Source: Acidobacteriota bacterium | GTDB lineage: Bacteria > Acidobacteriota > UBA6911 > RPQK01 > JAJDTT01 | Direction of reading: 5' to 3' | Assembly: GCA_965263035.1 (NCBI GenBank) | Contig: OZ253580.1 | Location: forward strand, 640,001 to 704,000 | Length of the DNA: 64,000 nt | Shown: piece after piece, positions 9,591 to 18,698 of the stretch | How positions within the stretch are numbered: the first letter of the stretch is position 1 | Layout: each line of letters begins with the position of its first letter | The notes under the pieces: model-generated | Databases searched by the model: none | Told to the model about the DNA's origin: nothing | What the model saw: only the letters and a program-made list of their open reading frames with translations | Program-made: the position numbers and the translations under genes

Positions 9591-10760
9591 TCAGGTCAAC
9601 GCGTCGAGAGCATCCAGGAGCCGAAGGATCTCCTCCTGAGTGTTGAAGGCAGCGACGGAAACTCGCAGCGACGGCCGCTCCGGCTGGTACTTGACCACGA
9701 TCCCCTGATCCAGGAGATCGTCTATGAGTCTCCGCAAACCGATTTCTTCCAGCTCTTGGAACTCCAGCGCCACGAGACCCGAGGCGAGCCCCGGCTTGGT
9801 GGGAGTGACGATCCGGATCCCGGGCCGGGCCTTCAGTTCATCGAAAAGAAACTGGACCAGTTCCTGTACGTACAGCTCGATCCGGTCGGGACCCAGTGCA
9901 TCCATGATCTCCAGCGCTCGGCCCAGCCCGATCCGCAGGGCATAGTTGTGGGTTCCCAATTCGGAGCGCAATGCGGCCGTGACTGGCGGAGGGGGATCCT
10001 CCGGCTTCAACCAGGCGCTGGAATCGGGGATGAAGTCGGGGCGAAACTCGGTGAGCCAATCCGGAGCCACCCAGAGAAACCCGACTCCCAGGGGTCCGAG
10101 CAGCCACTTGTGACCCGAGGCGATGTAGTAGTCGCAATCCAGGGCCGGAATCTCCACCGGAAACTGTCCCGCTGCCTGGGCACCGTCCAGCATCAGGGGA
10201 ACCCCTCTCGAACGGGCCAATCCCGCCGCTTCTCGGGCGGGCAGCCTCCGGCCGTCGAGGGTGGAAACCTGGCTGAGACAGACCAGCCGCACCGGACCTT
10301 CCAGCGCCGCCTCCAAACCGCTGAGGAGAGCGTCGTCCCCGAATTCCGCCGGGAAGGTTTTGACCACCACTCCCCGATGACGCTCCAGCGCCCGGCAGGC
10401 GTCTTGTGTGCTCACGTGCTCGGCCGAGGAGACGACGATTTCGTCTCCGGCCCGCCAGTCCACGCTGCGCAGGACGCGTTGCATGGCCTGGCTGGTGTTG
10501 GAGGTCCAGGCCAGATGCTCCGGCAGAACCCCCAGGATTTCGGCCAGTTGCGTACGGACCCGTCGCTCCTGATCGAGCAAAATACCGGTCACCCGCGGCG
10601 AGGCCGACCCGTGACGGCTCTGAAATGCCATCGTCTCGGCGACCACCTTGAGCACCGAATCGGGGGTCGGTCCGTAGGAGCCGGTCTGGAAATAGGCCAG
10701 CCGCCGGGTCAGGGGCAGATCTTCACGGAGTTGTCGGAAGCTCAGGGGGGCTTGGGTCAC
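9591..10760 (-). CDS. Class V PLP-dependent aminotransferase (cysteine desulfurase / isopenicillin-N-epimerase-like), copy 1
   Basis: YFQTGSYGP, SAEH, LDGAQAAG, SGHKWLLGP (PLP lysine), LRVSVAAFNT. Confidence 0.88.
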   Translation of the reverse strand: MTQAPLSFRQLREDLPLTRRLAYFQTGSYGPTPDSVLKVVAETMAFQSRHGSASPRVTGILLDQERRVRTQLAEILGVLPEHLAWTSNTSQAMQRVLRSVDWRAGDEIVVSSAEHVSTQDACRALERHRGVVVKTFPAEFGDDALLSGLEAALEGPVRLVCLSQVSTLDGRRLPAREAAGLARSRGVPLMLDGAQAAGQFPVEIPALDCDYYIASGHKWLLGPLGVGFLWVAPDWLTEFRPDFIPDSSAWLKPEDPPPPVTAALRSELGTHNYALRIGLGRALEIMDALGPDRIELYVQELVQFLFDELKARPGIRIVTPTKPGLASGLVALEFQELEEIGLRRLIDDLLDQGIVVKYQPERPSLRVSVAAFNTQEEILRLLDALDALT

Positions 10761-11899
10761 GCCGTTTCGACCCCGTCACCGCCTCGCGCCAGCGTGCGGA
10801 CCGCACCCCAGAGATTGAGACGCTCGATGCTGTCGGCCCGGTAGACGCCCACCTCGTCGGCCCCAGCCGCCAAGGCGGCATCAGCACCCTGCCGGAGCAG
10901 ATCCGGAGTCACCAGCTTGGGAGGTCCCCAGCAGACCAGTTGGGCCACCAGGGGGACCCGACCGGCGACGGCCCGGGCAGCCGCGCGCGTGTCCTCGATG
11001 ATGTGAGCCAGATTCCCGGTGAGGTGCCGGATGTGGATCTCGTCCACCAAGCCCTCACGGACCCACGTCGGCCAGTCCTGAAGACGCTTCCAGGTCGTCT
11101 CGGGATTGGATGCCACCGCCACCGTCAAGAACACTTTCCGCTCCAGGGCATCCAGCTGCCGCTTAAGCTCCCGCACGAAGCGGGTGACGTACCCGGCCCG
11201 GAACAGCGTCCACTCCCGATCATGATTGGGTCCGGCCATGGGGTCCCGGCCCGTCTCCCGGCGGTAGTCCTCGACGATGGCCCTCTCGTAGCCGTAGACC
11301 ATCACCCCGTGATCGTCCACCTGCCCGGGAACCGATTCGATCTGGAATTCCAGTTGGACACCGTCCACGGCGTAGTCCCGGGCCATTTCCAGAAACGGTC
11401 GCTGCTCGTGGAGGCGAGCCTCACGCGTCCCGTAACTGAGGACCACCGACCCCGAAACGTCGAAGCAGGTCTTTCCGTCCCGCCGCCTCATCCAGAGTTC
11501 GGGGTGATCGTTTGCGAACCGGGTCAGGCGCCATTCGGGCAGCCGGGTTCCGCTCTGGTAGTCGATGCCGGTCATTCCGGTGTAACCGACGGCGTTGTAG
11601 GGATGGACCTCGATTCTTCGCCGATGGGCCTCCTCCACCAGGAACGAGAGGGGGTCCCAGCCGTGAACGGAGTAGAAGCCGGGCACCACGGCGAGGATGT
11701 CTGCCGGATCGTGTCCTCCGCGGCCGTGTTCAAAGCGAAGGCACATCTCCCGGTCTGGGGTATAGCCGGGTATGAAACGGCTCACTCCGGCTTCGCCGCA
11801 TTGGTCCAGAAAGTCGCAGACCATTTCCCGGTTTCCCTCAGTGGGAAATACGCCGTTGTATCCTCCGATCCCTCCCCAGATAGTCAACCGTCTCGACAT
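10757..11899 (-). CDS. Glycoside hydrolase-like family 10 (GHL10/DUF187) protein, copy 1
   Basis: WDPLSFLVEEAHRRRIEVHPY, YAVDGVQLEF, QDWPTWVREGLVD motifs; 4-bp overlap with the aminotransferase. Confidence 0.7.
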   Translation of the reverse strand: MSRRLTIWGGIGGYNGVFPTEGNREMVCDFLDQCGEAGVSRFIPGYTPDREMCLRFEHGRGGHDPADILAVVPGFYSVHGWDPLSFLVEEAHRRRIEVHPYNAVGYTGMTGIDYQSGTRLPEWRLTRFANDHPELWMRRRDGKTCFDVSGSVVLSYGTREARLHEQRPFLEMARDYAVDGVQLEFQIESVPGQVDDHGVMVYGYERAIVEDYRRETGRDPMAGPNHDREWTLFRAGYVTRFVRELKRQLDALERKVFLTVAVASNPETTWKRLQDWPTWVREGLVDEIHIRHLTGNLAHIIEDTRAAARAVAGRVPLVAQLVCWGPPKLVTPDLLRQGADAALAAGADEVGVYRADSIERLNLWGAVRTLARGGDGVETA

Positions 11900-11964
11900 G
11901 GATCATTCTCCTGATCACCGGGCGTAACGCACCTTGAAGCCTTCGTCAGAAGGAACGATTCGAG

Positions 11965-13096
11965 CAACTGCCCGCCGGGACAGTGAAAGCCGTCCCGCTC
12001 CTCGTCGTAACCAAAGGCCGCCTTCACCAGGCGACGGTCACTCTCGTCCAGGCCTCCCTTCCCTTGCTTCTCTCCACGGTCCGTCGCGATGTACGCTTCC
12101 AGCTGACGATCCGACGCCTCCTGCAGGTTGTTCCCCGAATAGTAGCCGTTGTCCAGGCTCAGCTTCTCCGGCAACCGACCGCTCGTCTCCTCCATCTCAT
12201 CCAAGGCTGGAGCCACTTCCTGGGCATCGTTCGCCTGCTGGCTCACGTGCTGACCCACGATCACCTGCGACTTGCCGTCCACGCTGATCTGTGCGTTGTA
12301 CGCGTACTCGAAGTCCCCTTTTTGCTTCATGATCCGCGCCTCGGGGTCCGCAAAGCTGATCTGCTTCTTGTCCTCGATCTTCTGACCCGGTCGAAGCTCC
12401 TGCTCCCGCGCTTCCAGCGCCTGCTTCATCTCCCGAACCTTCTTCAACCGCTGCTTCTTGTCGCGCAGGTCATCGGGCAGCTCATACCCGGTCCGCTCCT
12501 GGTAGACCCGATCCTCTTCCTCGTCGCAGCGGTCCGCCTGCCGGGTCAAGGCTTCGATCTCCTCGCACAATTCCTGCTCCTTCTCCTTCAGCCGTCCGTA
12601 GCTCATCGCCTTGTGCTTCGAGCTGTTCGCCTTGAACTTGGAGCCGTCCAGACTGACGTGTCCCAAACTCACCAGCCCCAGCCCCAGCCCCAGCCCCAGC
12701 GCCAGCGCCAACTGCACCGTCTGTTTGAAGCAAGCTCGGAAGAATTCCCCGCGGTCCTTCCGGAAATCACTCAACACCCGGAAGTTCGGGCAGTTCCTCC
12801 CCGCCAGGTACATGAAGCCGAGATCTTCCCGGCAGCGCTGCTCGATCTGCCGCGAGCTGAACACGCCGTGACTGTAGGCGTAGATCAGGATCGAAACGAT
12901 CTGGCGCGGCGCGTAGGCCCGCTGACCCCGGTGGCTGTACCGCGCCTCCACTTCCGACGTGTCCAGTGGCTCGAACAGTTCCTGATAGAGGAAACATTCG
13001 TGATCTTCCGGCAAGAGGTCGAACACGTTGGTCGCAAACAACTGACTCTGGCAATAGTCTTTTCGATAGGGCTTGAATCGGGGCGCCCTCCGACAT
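11965..13096 (-). mobile_element. IS1182-family transposase, 3'-truncated, N-terminus frameshifted
   Basis: YAYSHGVFSSRQIE, PNFRVLSDFRK, LDGSKFKANSSK, SFADPEARIMK, YNAQISVD, LDNGYYS, FHCPGGQ; similarity stops after CPGGQLL so the DDE C-terminus is missing. Confidence 0.85.
12672..12710. repeat. Hexamer tandem repeat (CCCCAG/CGCCAG) encoding LALGLGLGLG in the IS1182 transposase
   Basis: ccagccccagccccagccccagccccagcgccagcgcca read directly. Confidence 0.8.
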
Positions 13097-13358
13097 TCTC
13101 CTGATGATCTGTTCCCCGTATTCTAGGGAGTATCCATGTTGCAAGTGGTGGGTGCTAATCGGTGTTTCCATCCCGTGTCGTTAGTACGTGATCTGTCCGG
13201 TCCAAGAGGCACAGGGTTAGGAGGAGCGTTCTTCCGCCAGAGGTGAGGCGGAGATCGAGCTGGATCCAGCGGGCGCCGTGGAGGGGGCGATGAGTGGACG
13301 GATCAACTGGATCGAGGGGCCTGAGATCGTCGACGTCAGTCCTCCGGGAGGTCCGGAT

Positions 13359-13441
13359 ACGCCCTGGGGAGCGCCGGGTCAAGCCTCCGGCTCCTCCGCT
13401 TCGCCGCGGCCCTTCGGGTGACCCGGCGCTCCCCAGGGCGT
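13359..13441. repeat. Perfect 23-bp inverted repeat with 37-nt spacer
   Basis: ACGCCCTGGGGAGCGCCGGGTCA (13359-13381) and TGACCCGGCGCTCCCCAGGGCGT (13419-13441). Confidence 0.85.
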
Positions 13442-13553
13442 GAAGAGCTTTCATGGCCGTAAGCAAGCTTCCGGCCAGACCTGACCGGAAGTTCGACAGA
13501 CGGCCATCAGGGGGTCCACACGCTCCCTTTCCTCACGGGGTCTCTCCGTGGCC

Positions 13554-14503
13554 TCAGAAGGTCGCTCGGGGCGCTACGGGCAACCAGGTGCGGTCCTGCC
13601 GGACGAGGGTGTTGGCCAGGACGATGAGCTTGCGCATGACGGCGACGAGGGCCACCTTGCCGGGCTTGCCGCGCTCTCTCAGCCTCCGGTATACACCTCG
13701 GCCAAGTCGGGGTTCCAGCGCAGGGCGGACACGGCCGGCATGTACAGGAGCCGTCGCGCCCGCGCCCGTCCGCCCCGGATGAAGGCCCGGCCCTGCCAAG
13801 TCCCGGACTCGCGGGGAACGGCGGCCAACCCGGCCAGACTGGCGGCGGCCTTGCCGCTGAGGGCGCCCAGCTCGGGCATCTCGGCCAGCAGACCGGCGGC
13901 GGTGGTGGCCGCGATCCCGGGAATGGAGGTGAGGATCTCCAACTTGCGGGCCCGCGCCTCGTCGGCCGCAATCAGCTGCTGCATTTTGCGGTCGATGGCG
14001 CGCAGGTGGCGCTCGAACAAGTTGATCTGGGTCTGGTTCTGCTGTTTGAGAAAGGGTTCGCGGAGCTGTTGGCGGCGGTTGAGCAGGGCCGTGCGCTGGC
14101 GGATCAGCGCGTCCCGGGCCGTCTGCAGTTCCTGGAGCCGGCGTTGCGTTTGGGACGGGGCCGGGGTCCGGCGCGGATCCAGGCTGGCGGCCATCTGGGC
14201 CAGTTTCCGAGCGTCTACGGCGTCGATCTTGGCACGGCTCCCGGTCGCCCGGGCGAAACACCGGGCCTGCCAGGGGTTCACCTTGGCCAACGGTAGCTTC
14301 GCTTTGGACAGTGCTTCCTCGAGGTCCCGGTGGTAGGGGCCGGTGGCCTCGTAGGCGACGCACTCGACCGGAGTTCCGATCCAATCGATCAGCGCCCGGA
14401 AGCCGGCCGGGTCATTGTCGAACTGGGCGGAATGGCCGTCGGCCAGCCGGTGCGCGTCCAGGTGCGCTTTCGAGATGTCGATGCCTACGGTATGCTGTTT
14501 CAT
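13554..14503 (-). mobile_element. IS110-family DEDD recombinase/transposase, frameshifted near C-terminus
   Basis: VGIDISK, YEATGPY, AKIDAVDA, SIPGIA, RESG...GGRARARRLLYMPA; the C-terminal YRRLRERGKPGKVALVAVMRKL is in another frame after ~13692 (gtgTAtaccgg). Confidence 0.9.
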
Positions 14504-14670
14504 CTTTCCTGTCTCCTGTGCTTGTCATTCGGGCCTTGATGCCCTCGTATCCATTCAGGACATCGGGAAAGACGGTGGCCGACCTCACTCCCAAACGGTT
14601 CCTAACAGTCCGCGTCGGTACGGTCCAGCCACCGCCGTCCGGGTCGCTCATGAGCGACCCGGACGGGCCT
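14504..14670 (-). ncRNA. IS110 non-coding left end; candidate bridge/seekRNA region with a 32-bp perfect palindrome (14635-14666)
   Basis: Non-coding ~165 bp upstream of the IS110 ATG; CCGTCCGGGTCGCTCA|TGAGCGACCCGGACGG. RNA role inferred from IS110 biology, boundaries uncertain. Confidence 0.45.
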
Positions 14671-14702
14671 ATTTAAACAGACAAGCGTCGGTGACGGCTC
14701 CA

Positions 14703-14721
14703 TTCTCGGACAGGCTCCTAG
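14703..14721 (-). mobile_element. Solitary IS terminal inverted repeat (GAGCCTGTCCGAGAA) next to CTAG; probable left end of the IS1182
   Basis: 14/15 identical to the ends of the 109-bp MITEs; CTAG 14718-14721 supplies the stop of the protease gene; points toward the IS1182 transposase. Confidence 0.6.
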
Positions 14722-15629
14722 ACAGTACTGATGTGAGGATTTTTCCCTCGCTTGTTCCCCTGGCAGATCGCCTCGATAGCGTCTGTACGCCAACATAGGC
14801 CCAGCGCTGCTTCGCTTGCGTTTGCCCCGGCGCGGCCGCTGTAACAGCCGACAAACTGCGTGCCTTGGCTCCCCCAAAGTGCTAAGTCTTTCCTTTTCCA
14901 AAACCCTGGTTCGTTTGGGTCGACTTCCCGGTAAGGATGTTGCATATCCCACGCACCATGATAGCGAGCAAACACGGGAGACCCCGACATGCCAGCTCGT
15001 GTCAGTGTGTCTATGAAGAACGCCGGTATGCGGCGGCCGCCTTTGAGCCCACCGTAACCCGACAACCTGCCGCCAAGTGTGACATTGAAATGCGGCTCCG
15101 AAGCGATATACCCAGACTTCCATAACGGCAGCCCGAAGCCAACGCTGAGCGAGCGCGGAAAGCCGATCACGAAGACAGTAGATCCAGGCACCATGGGTAT
15201 ATTGTCCTTGCTTATGAGATTTGCCGCATTGTGCATGAAATCTGGACATGAAGCCGGTCTTGCCATGGGGATGGCAACCACATCACATAATGCGCTGAGT
15301 TCCGGATGTTCAAACCACACTGGCTGTTCTCCGCGATAGAGTCGTATGGGGTACGGTGCGATTCCAAACGTGCCGCGTTGTCGGTCACCAACTGCGTACG
15401 AGGACAATTTGGCCGCCAGACTAAAAGGCTCAATGAACGGGTGGACCAACGGTTGGCGGGTCAGAAAGTGACGACCGCTGACGACGTGCCAATTGGTGAT
15501 GATGAACCACCTGCTGTCCATTTCGAAGAAAAAGGCGCTGGCAGCGGAAAGGACAGTCCCATCTTGACCGCATATCAGCAGCTGAAATGGGCATTGGGAA
15601 AAGGTGCTCCTGATACCATGCTCTGGCAC
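14718..15629 (-). CDS. Trypsin-like serine peptidase domain protein
   Basis: Catalytic-triad-like motifs ITNWHVV, CDVVAI, GMSGSPVF; no signal peptide. Confidence 0.7.
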   Translation of the reverse strand: MPEHGIRSTFSQCPFQLLICGQDGTVLSAASAFFFEMDSRWFIITNWHVVSGRHFLTRQPLVHPFIEPFSLAAKLSSYAVGDRQRGTFGIAPYPIRLYRGEQPVWFEHPELSALCDVVAIPMARPASCPDFMHNAANLISKDNIPMVPGSTVFVIGFPRSLSVGFGLPLWKSGYIASEPHFNVTLGGRLSGYGGLKGGRRIPAFFIDTLTRAGMSGSPVFARYHGAWDMQHPYREVDPNEPGFWKRKDLALWGSQGTQFVGCYSGRAGANASEAALGLCWRTDAIEAICQGNKRGKNPHISTV

Positions 15630-15928
15630 GAGTTGTACGACCTCCGCTAGCAGCGTTCATCCATAAGTCTAACGTAAGCTGGGCTACATTGTGCTTAGAT
15701 TTACCTTGATGGGTTTCCGAATTCTAGGGAACTGAGGAGAATCTAATCGAGGCATCTGTTCGGATGACCGTTTGTGAAGCGCCTACTCACCGAGTATGAA
15801 ACCCTTGAGGACGATGCGGGCCGATCTGAAGTGTACTCGGAGAACTGCAACCAGAGGCGGATGCACTGCAGCCGATTGCTAGACTGTCGAAATCATGCGA
15901 TCATCGGAGATTCGAAAAGGAGACGACG

Positions 15929-16201
15929 ATGGAGTTCGAGGAGCTTTCCAAGAAATTGAGTGATACCTACTCTTTGGGTTACGGGGATCGGGACAAGGCG
16001 CTCGGAGACTTTGGTCGGAAGTACAGTGGCGATCTAGTGGCCATGGAGGAGCAGAACCATACGATAGAGGACATTCTGGAGGCGGCACATATAGGGTCTC
16101 CGGTGTACTGGGCGAAGGCAATTAGACAGGGCATGGATGTCCAGGACCGTTTGCGAATCCTTGAACATCGCGTAGGAGAAATGAATCGGGAGAGCGGTTG
16201 A
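15929..16201 (+). CDS. Small hypothetical protein, possibly HTH-like
   Basis: 90 aa, AGGAG RBS upstream, helical amphipathic pattern (FGRKYS...IEDILEAAHIG...KAIRQG). Confidence 0.55.
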   Translation: MEFEELSKKLSDTYSLGYGDRDKALGDFGRKYSGDLVAMEEQNHTIEDILEAAHIGSPVYWAKAIRQGMDVQDRLRILEHRVGEMNRESG

Positions 16202-16228
16202 CGGTCTCCACAATAGGTTTTTGCCTAG

Positions 16229-16337
16229 GAGGCTGTCCGAGAACTCGAAAAATCACGGTCCCGAAAAAACTATCCCCTTATAATTCAATAACTTAAAGAT
16301 ATCGATTTGGACAAAAACCGAATCCTCGGACAGCCTC
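16229..16337. mobile_element. 109-bp MITE (type A, copy 1) flanked by CTAG
   Basis: TIR GAGGCTGTCCGAG / CTCGGACAGCCTC; CTAG at 16225-16228 and 16338-16341; AT-rich interior. Confidence 0.85.
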
Positions 16338-17205
16338 CTAGTGCGAACATGATCGCCAGCGCTCGGCCCAAACCGATCCGGAGGGCGTAGTTGTGGGTCC
16401 CCAGTTCGGAACGCAAGGCGGCCGTGACCGGCGGTGGAGGATCTCCGGGTTTCAACCAGGTGCTGGCATCGGGGATGTAGTCGGGGCGAAACCCGGCGAG
16501 CCGATCCGGCGACACCCAGAGAAACCCGACTCCCAGGGGTCCGAGCAGCCACTTGTGACCCGAGGCGATGTAGTAGTCGCAACCGAGGGCCGGAATCTCC
16601 ACCGGATACTGCCCGACGGCCTGGGCCCCGTCCAGCATCAAGGGAACTCCCCTTTCCCGGGCCAAGCGCGCCGCTTCCCGGGCGGGCAGCCTCCGGCCGT
16701 CGAGGTTGGAAACTTGGCTGAGACAGACCATCCGTGCCCGACCCTTCAGCATCGTCTCCAGGCCGCTGAGCAGAGCGTCGTCCCCTTCTTCCGCCGCGAA
16801 GGTCCAGATCACCACCCCCCGGTGCCGCTCCAGCGCCCGGCAGGCGTCCTGTGTGCTGACGTGCTCGGCCGAGGAGACCAGGATCTCGTCTCCGGGCTGC
16901 CAGTCGACGCTCCGCAGGACCCGCTGCATGGCCTGGCTGGTGTTGGAAGTCCAGGCCAGTTGCTCCGGCTGGGTTCCAAGGAAGTCGGCCAGTTGATGCC
17001 GGACCCGATGCTCCTGATCCAGCAGCACGCCCGTCATCCGCGGAGAGGCCGACCCGTAGCGGCTTTGATAGGCCATCCTCTCGGCGACCACCTTCAGCAC
17101 CGAATCGGGAGTCGGCCCGTAGGAGCCGGTCTGGAAATAGGACAGCCTCCGAATCAGGGGCAGATCTTCGCGGAGTTGGCGGAAGCTTATGGAGGCTAGT
17201 GTCAC
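16338..17205 (-). pseudogene. Class V aminotransferase, copy 2, 3'-truncated at the MITE
   Basis: Closely parallels copy 1 up to GRALAIMFAL; the GPDRIELY... C-terminal third is absent beyond the MITE. Confidence 0.85.
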
Positions 17206-18347
17206 TCCGTTTCCACCCCGGTGTCGCCACCGCGAGCCAAGGCGCCGACCGCGCTCCACAGATTCAGCCGCTCGATGCTGTCGGCGCGATAGACACCCGC
17301 CTCGTCGGCGCCGGCAGCCAGGGCGGCATCAGCTCCCTGCCGGAGCAGATCCGGAGTCACCAGCTTGGGCGGTCCCCAGCAGACCAGTTGGGCCACAAGG
17401 GGGACCCGGCCGGCGACGGCCCGGGCAGCCATCCGCGTGTCCTCGAAGATGTGGGCCAGATTCCCGGTGAGATGACGGATGTGAATCTCGTCCACCAGAC
17501 CCTCCCGGACCCAGGCCGGCCAGTCCTGAAGGCGCTTCCAGGCCGTCTCCGGATTGGATGCCACCGCCACCGTCAAGGAAACTTTCCGCTGCAGGGCATC
17601 CAGCTGCCGCCTCAGCTCCCGCACAAAGCGGGTGACGTATACGGCCCGGAACAGCGTCCACTCCTGATCATGATTGGGTACCGCCATGGGGTCCCGGCCC
17701 GTCTCCCGGCGGTAGCCCTCGACGATGGCCGTCTCGTAACCGTAGACCATCACCCCATGATCGTCCACCTGCCCGGGAACCGATTCGATCTGAAATTCCA
17801 GTTGGACGCCGTCCACGTCGTAGTCCCGGGCCATCCGCAGAAACGGCCGCTGCTCGTGGAGGCGAGCGTCGCGTGTCCCGTAGCTGAGGACCACCGACCC
17901 CGAAACGTCGAACGACGTCATGCCGTCTTGGCGCCGCATCCAGAGCTCGGGGTGATCGTTTGCGAACCGGGTCAGGCGCCATTCGGGCAGCCGGGTGCCG
18001 CTCTGTTAGTCGATGCCGGTCATTCCCGTGTAACCCACGGCGTTGTAGGGATGGATCTCGATCCCTCTTCGATGAGCCTCCTCCACCAGAAACGAGAGGG
18101 GGTCCCAGTCGTGAACGGAGTAGAAGCCGGGCACCACGGCGAGAACGTCCGTCGGATCGTGTCCGCCGCGGCCGTGGTCAAAAAGAAAGCACATCTCCCG
18201 GCCCGGGGTATAGCCGGGAATGAAACGGCTGACTCCGGCTCCGGCGCACCGATCCAGAAAGTCGCAGACCATCTCCCGGTTCCCTTCCGTGGGAAACACG
18301 CCGTTGTTTCCTCCGATGCCACCCCAGATGGTGAGCCGTCTCGACAT
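17202..18347 (-). pseudogene. GHL10 protein, copy 2, internal nonsense codon
   Basis: Colinear with copy 1; GIDYQS (TAC) reads GID*QS (TAA at 18006-18008); both track ORFs are in the same frame. Confidence 0.85.
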
Positions 18348-18660
18348 GGGCCTGTCTCCTGATCACCGAGCGGTCAGACGCTGGAAATCCCGGTTACGGC
18401 GACCGATTCGCATGAGGCGAGCCATGATGACAGCCGACAACAGACTCTGCCAGAGACGGTCTGGAAACTGCGGTCGTCCGGGCCAGCTATATTCGCAGGA
18501 TCGTACCGTGCCACGGATAATTGGCGGAAAGTGGCCCTGGGACTGGCATGGATAGCAGTTCGCAAATCCAGCATTCGTACGACACCAAGAGGAGAAGCGA
18601 ATTTCAAATCATAGGCATTTACAAGTAGGCCGGCAAACTTGCCGGCTAATCGAACACGTA

Positions 18661-18698
18661 TTGAATTTGCACCAATTTAGTCTGGTAGAATCTTTCCA
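18661..18698 (+). promoter_or_regulatory. Putative extended -10 promoter for the BREX operon (likely leaderless)
   Basis: TGgTAGAAT at 18683-18691, 7 nt before ATG 18699; no Shine-Dalgarno; AT-rich upstream. Confidence 0.45.

Noticed and set aside
11904-13105. 12-bp direct repeat CATTCTCCTGAT on both sides of the IS1182 ORF as a target duplication
   Set aside because: Both copies are AGGAG+ATG-type sequences and do not coincide with IS termini; probably convergent.
16285-16337. Novel C-terminus of aminotransferase copy 2 (and of PglX at 29096-29208)
   Set aside because: Read-through into MITE sequence.
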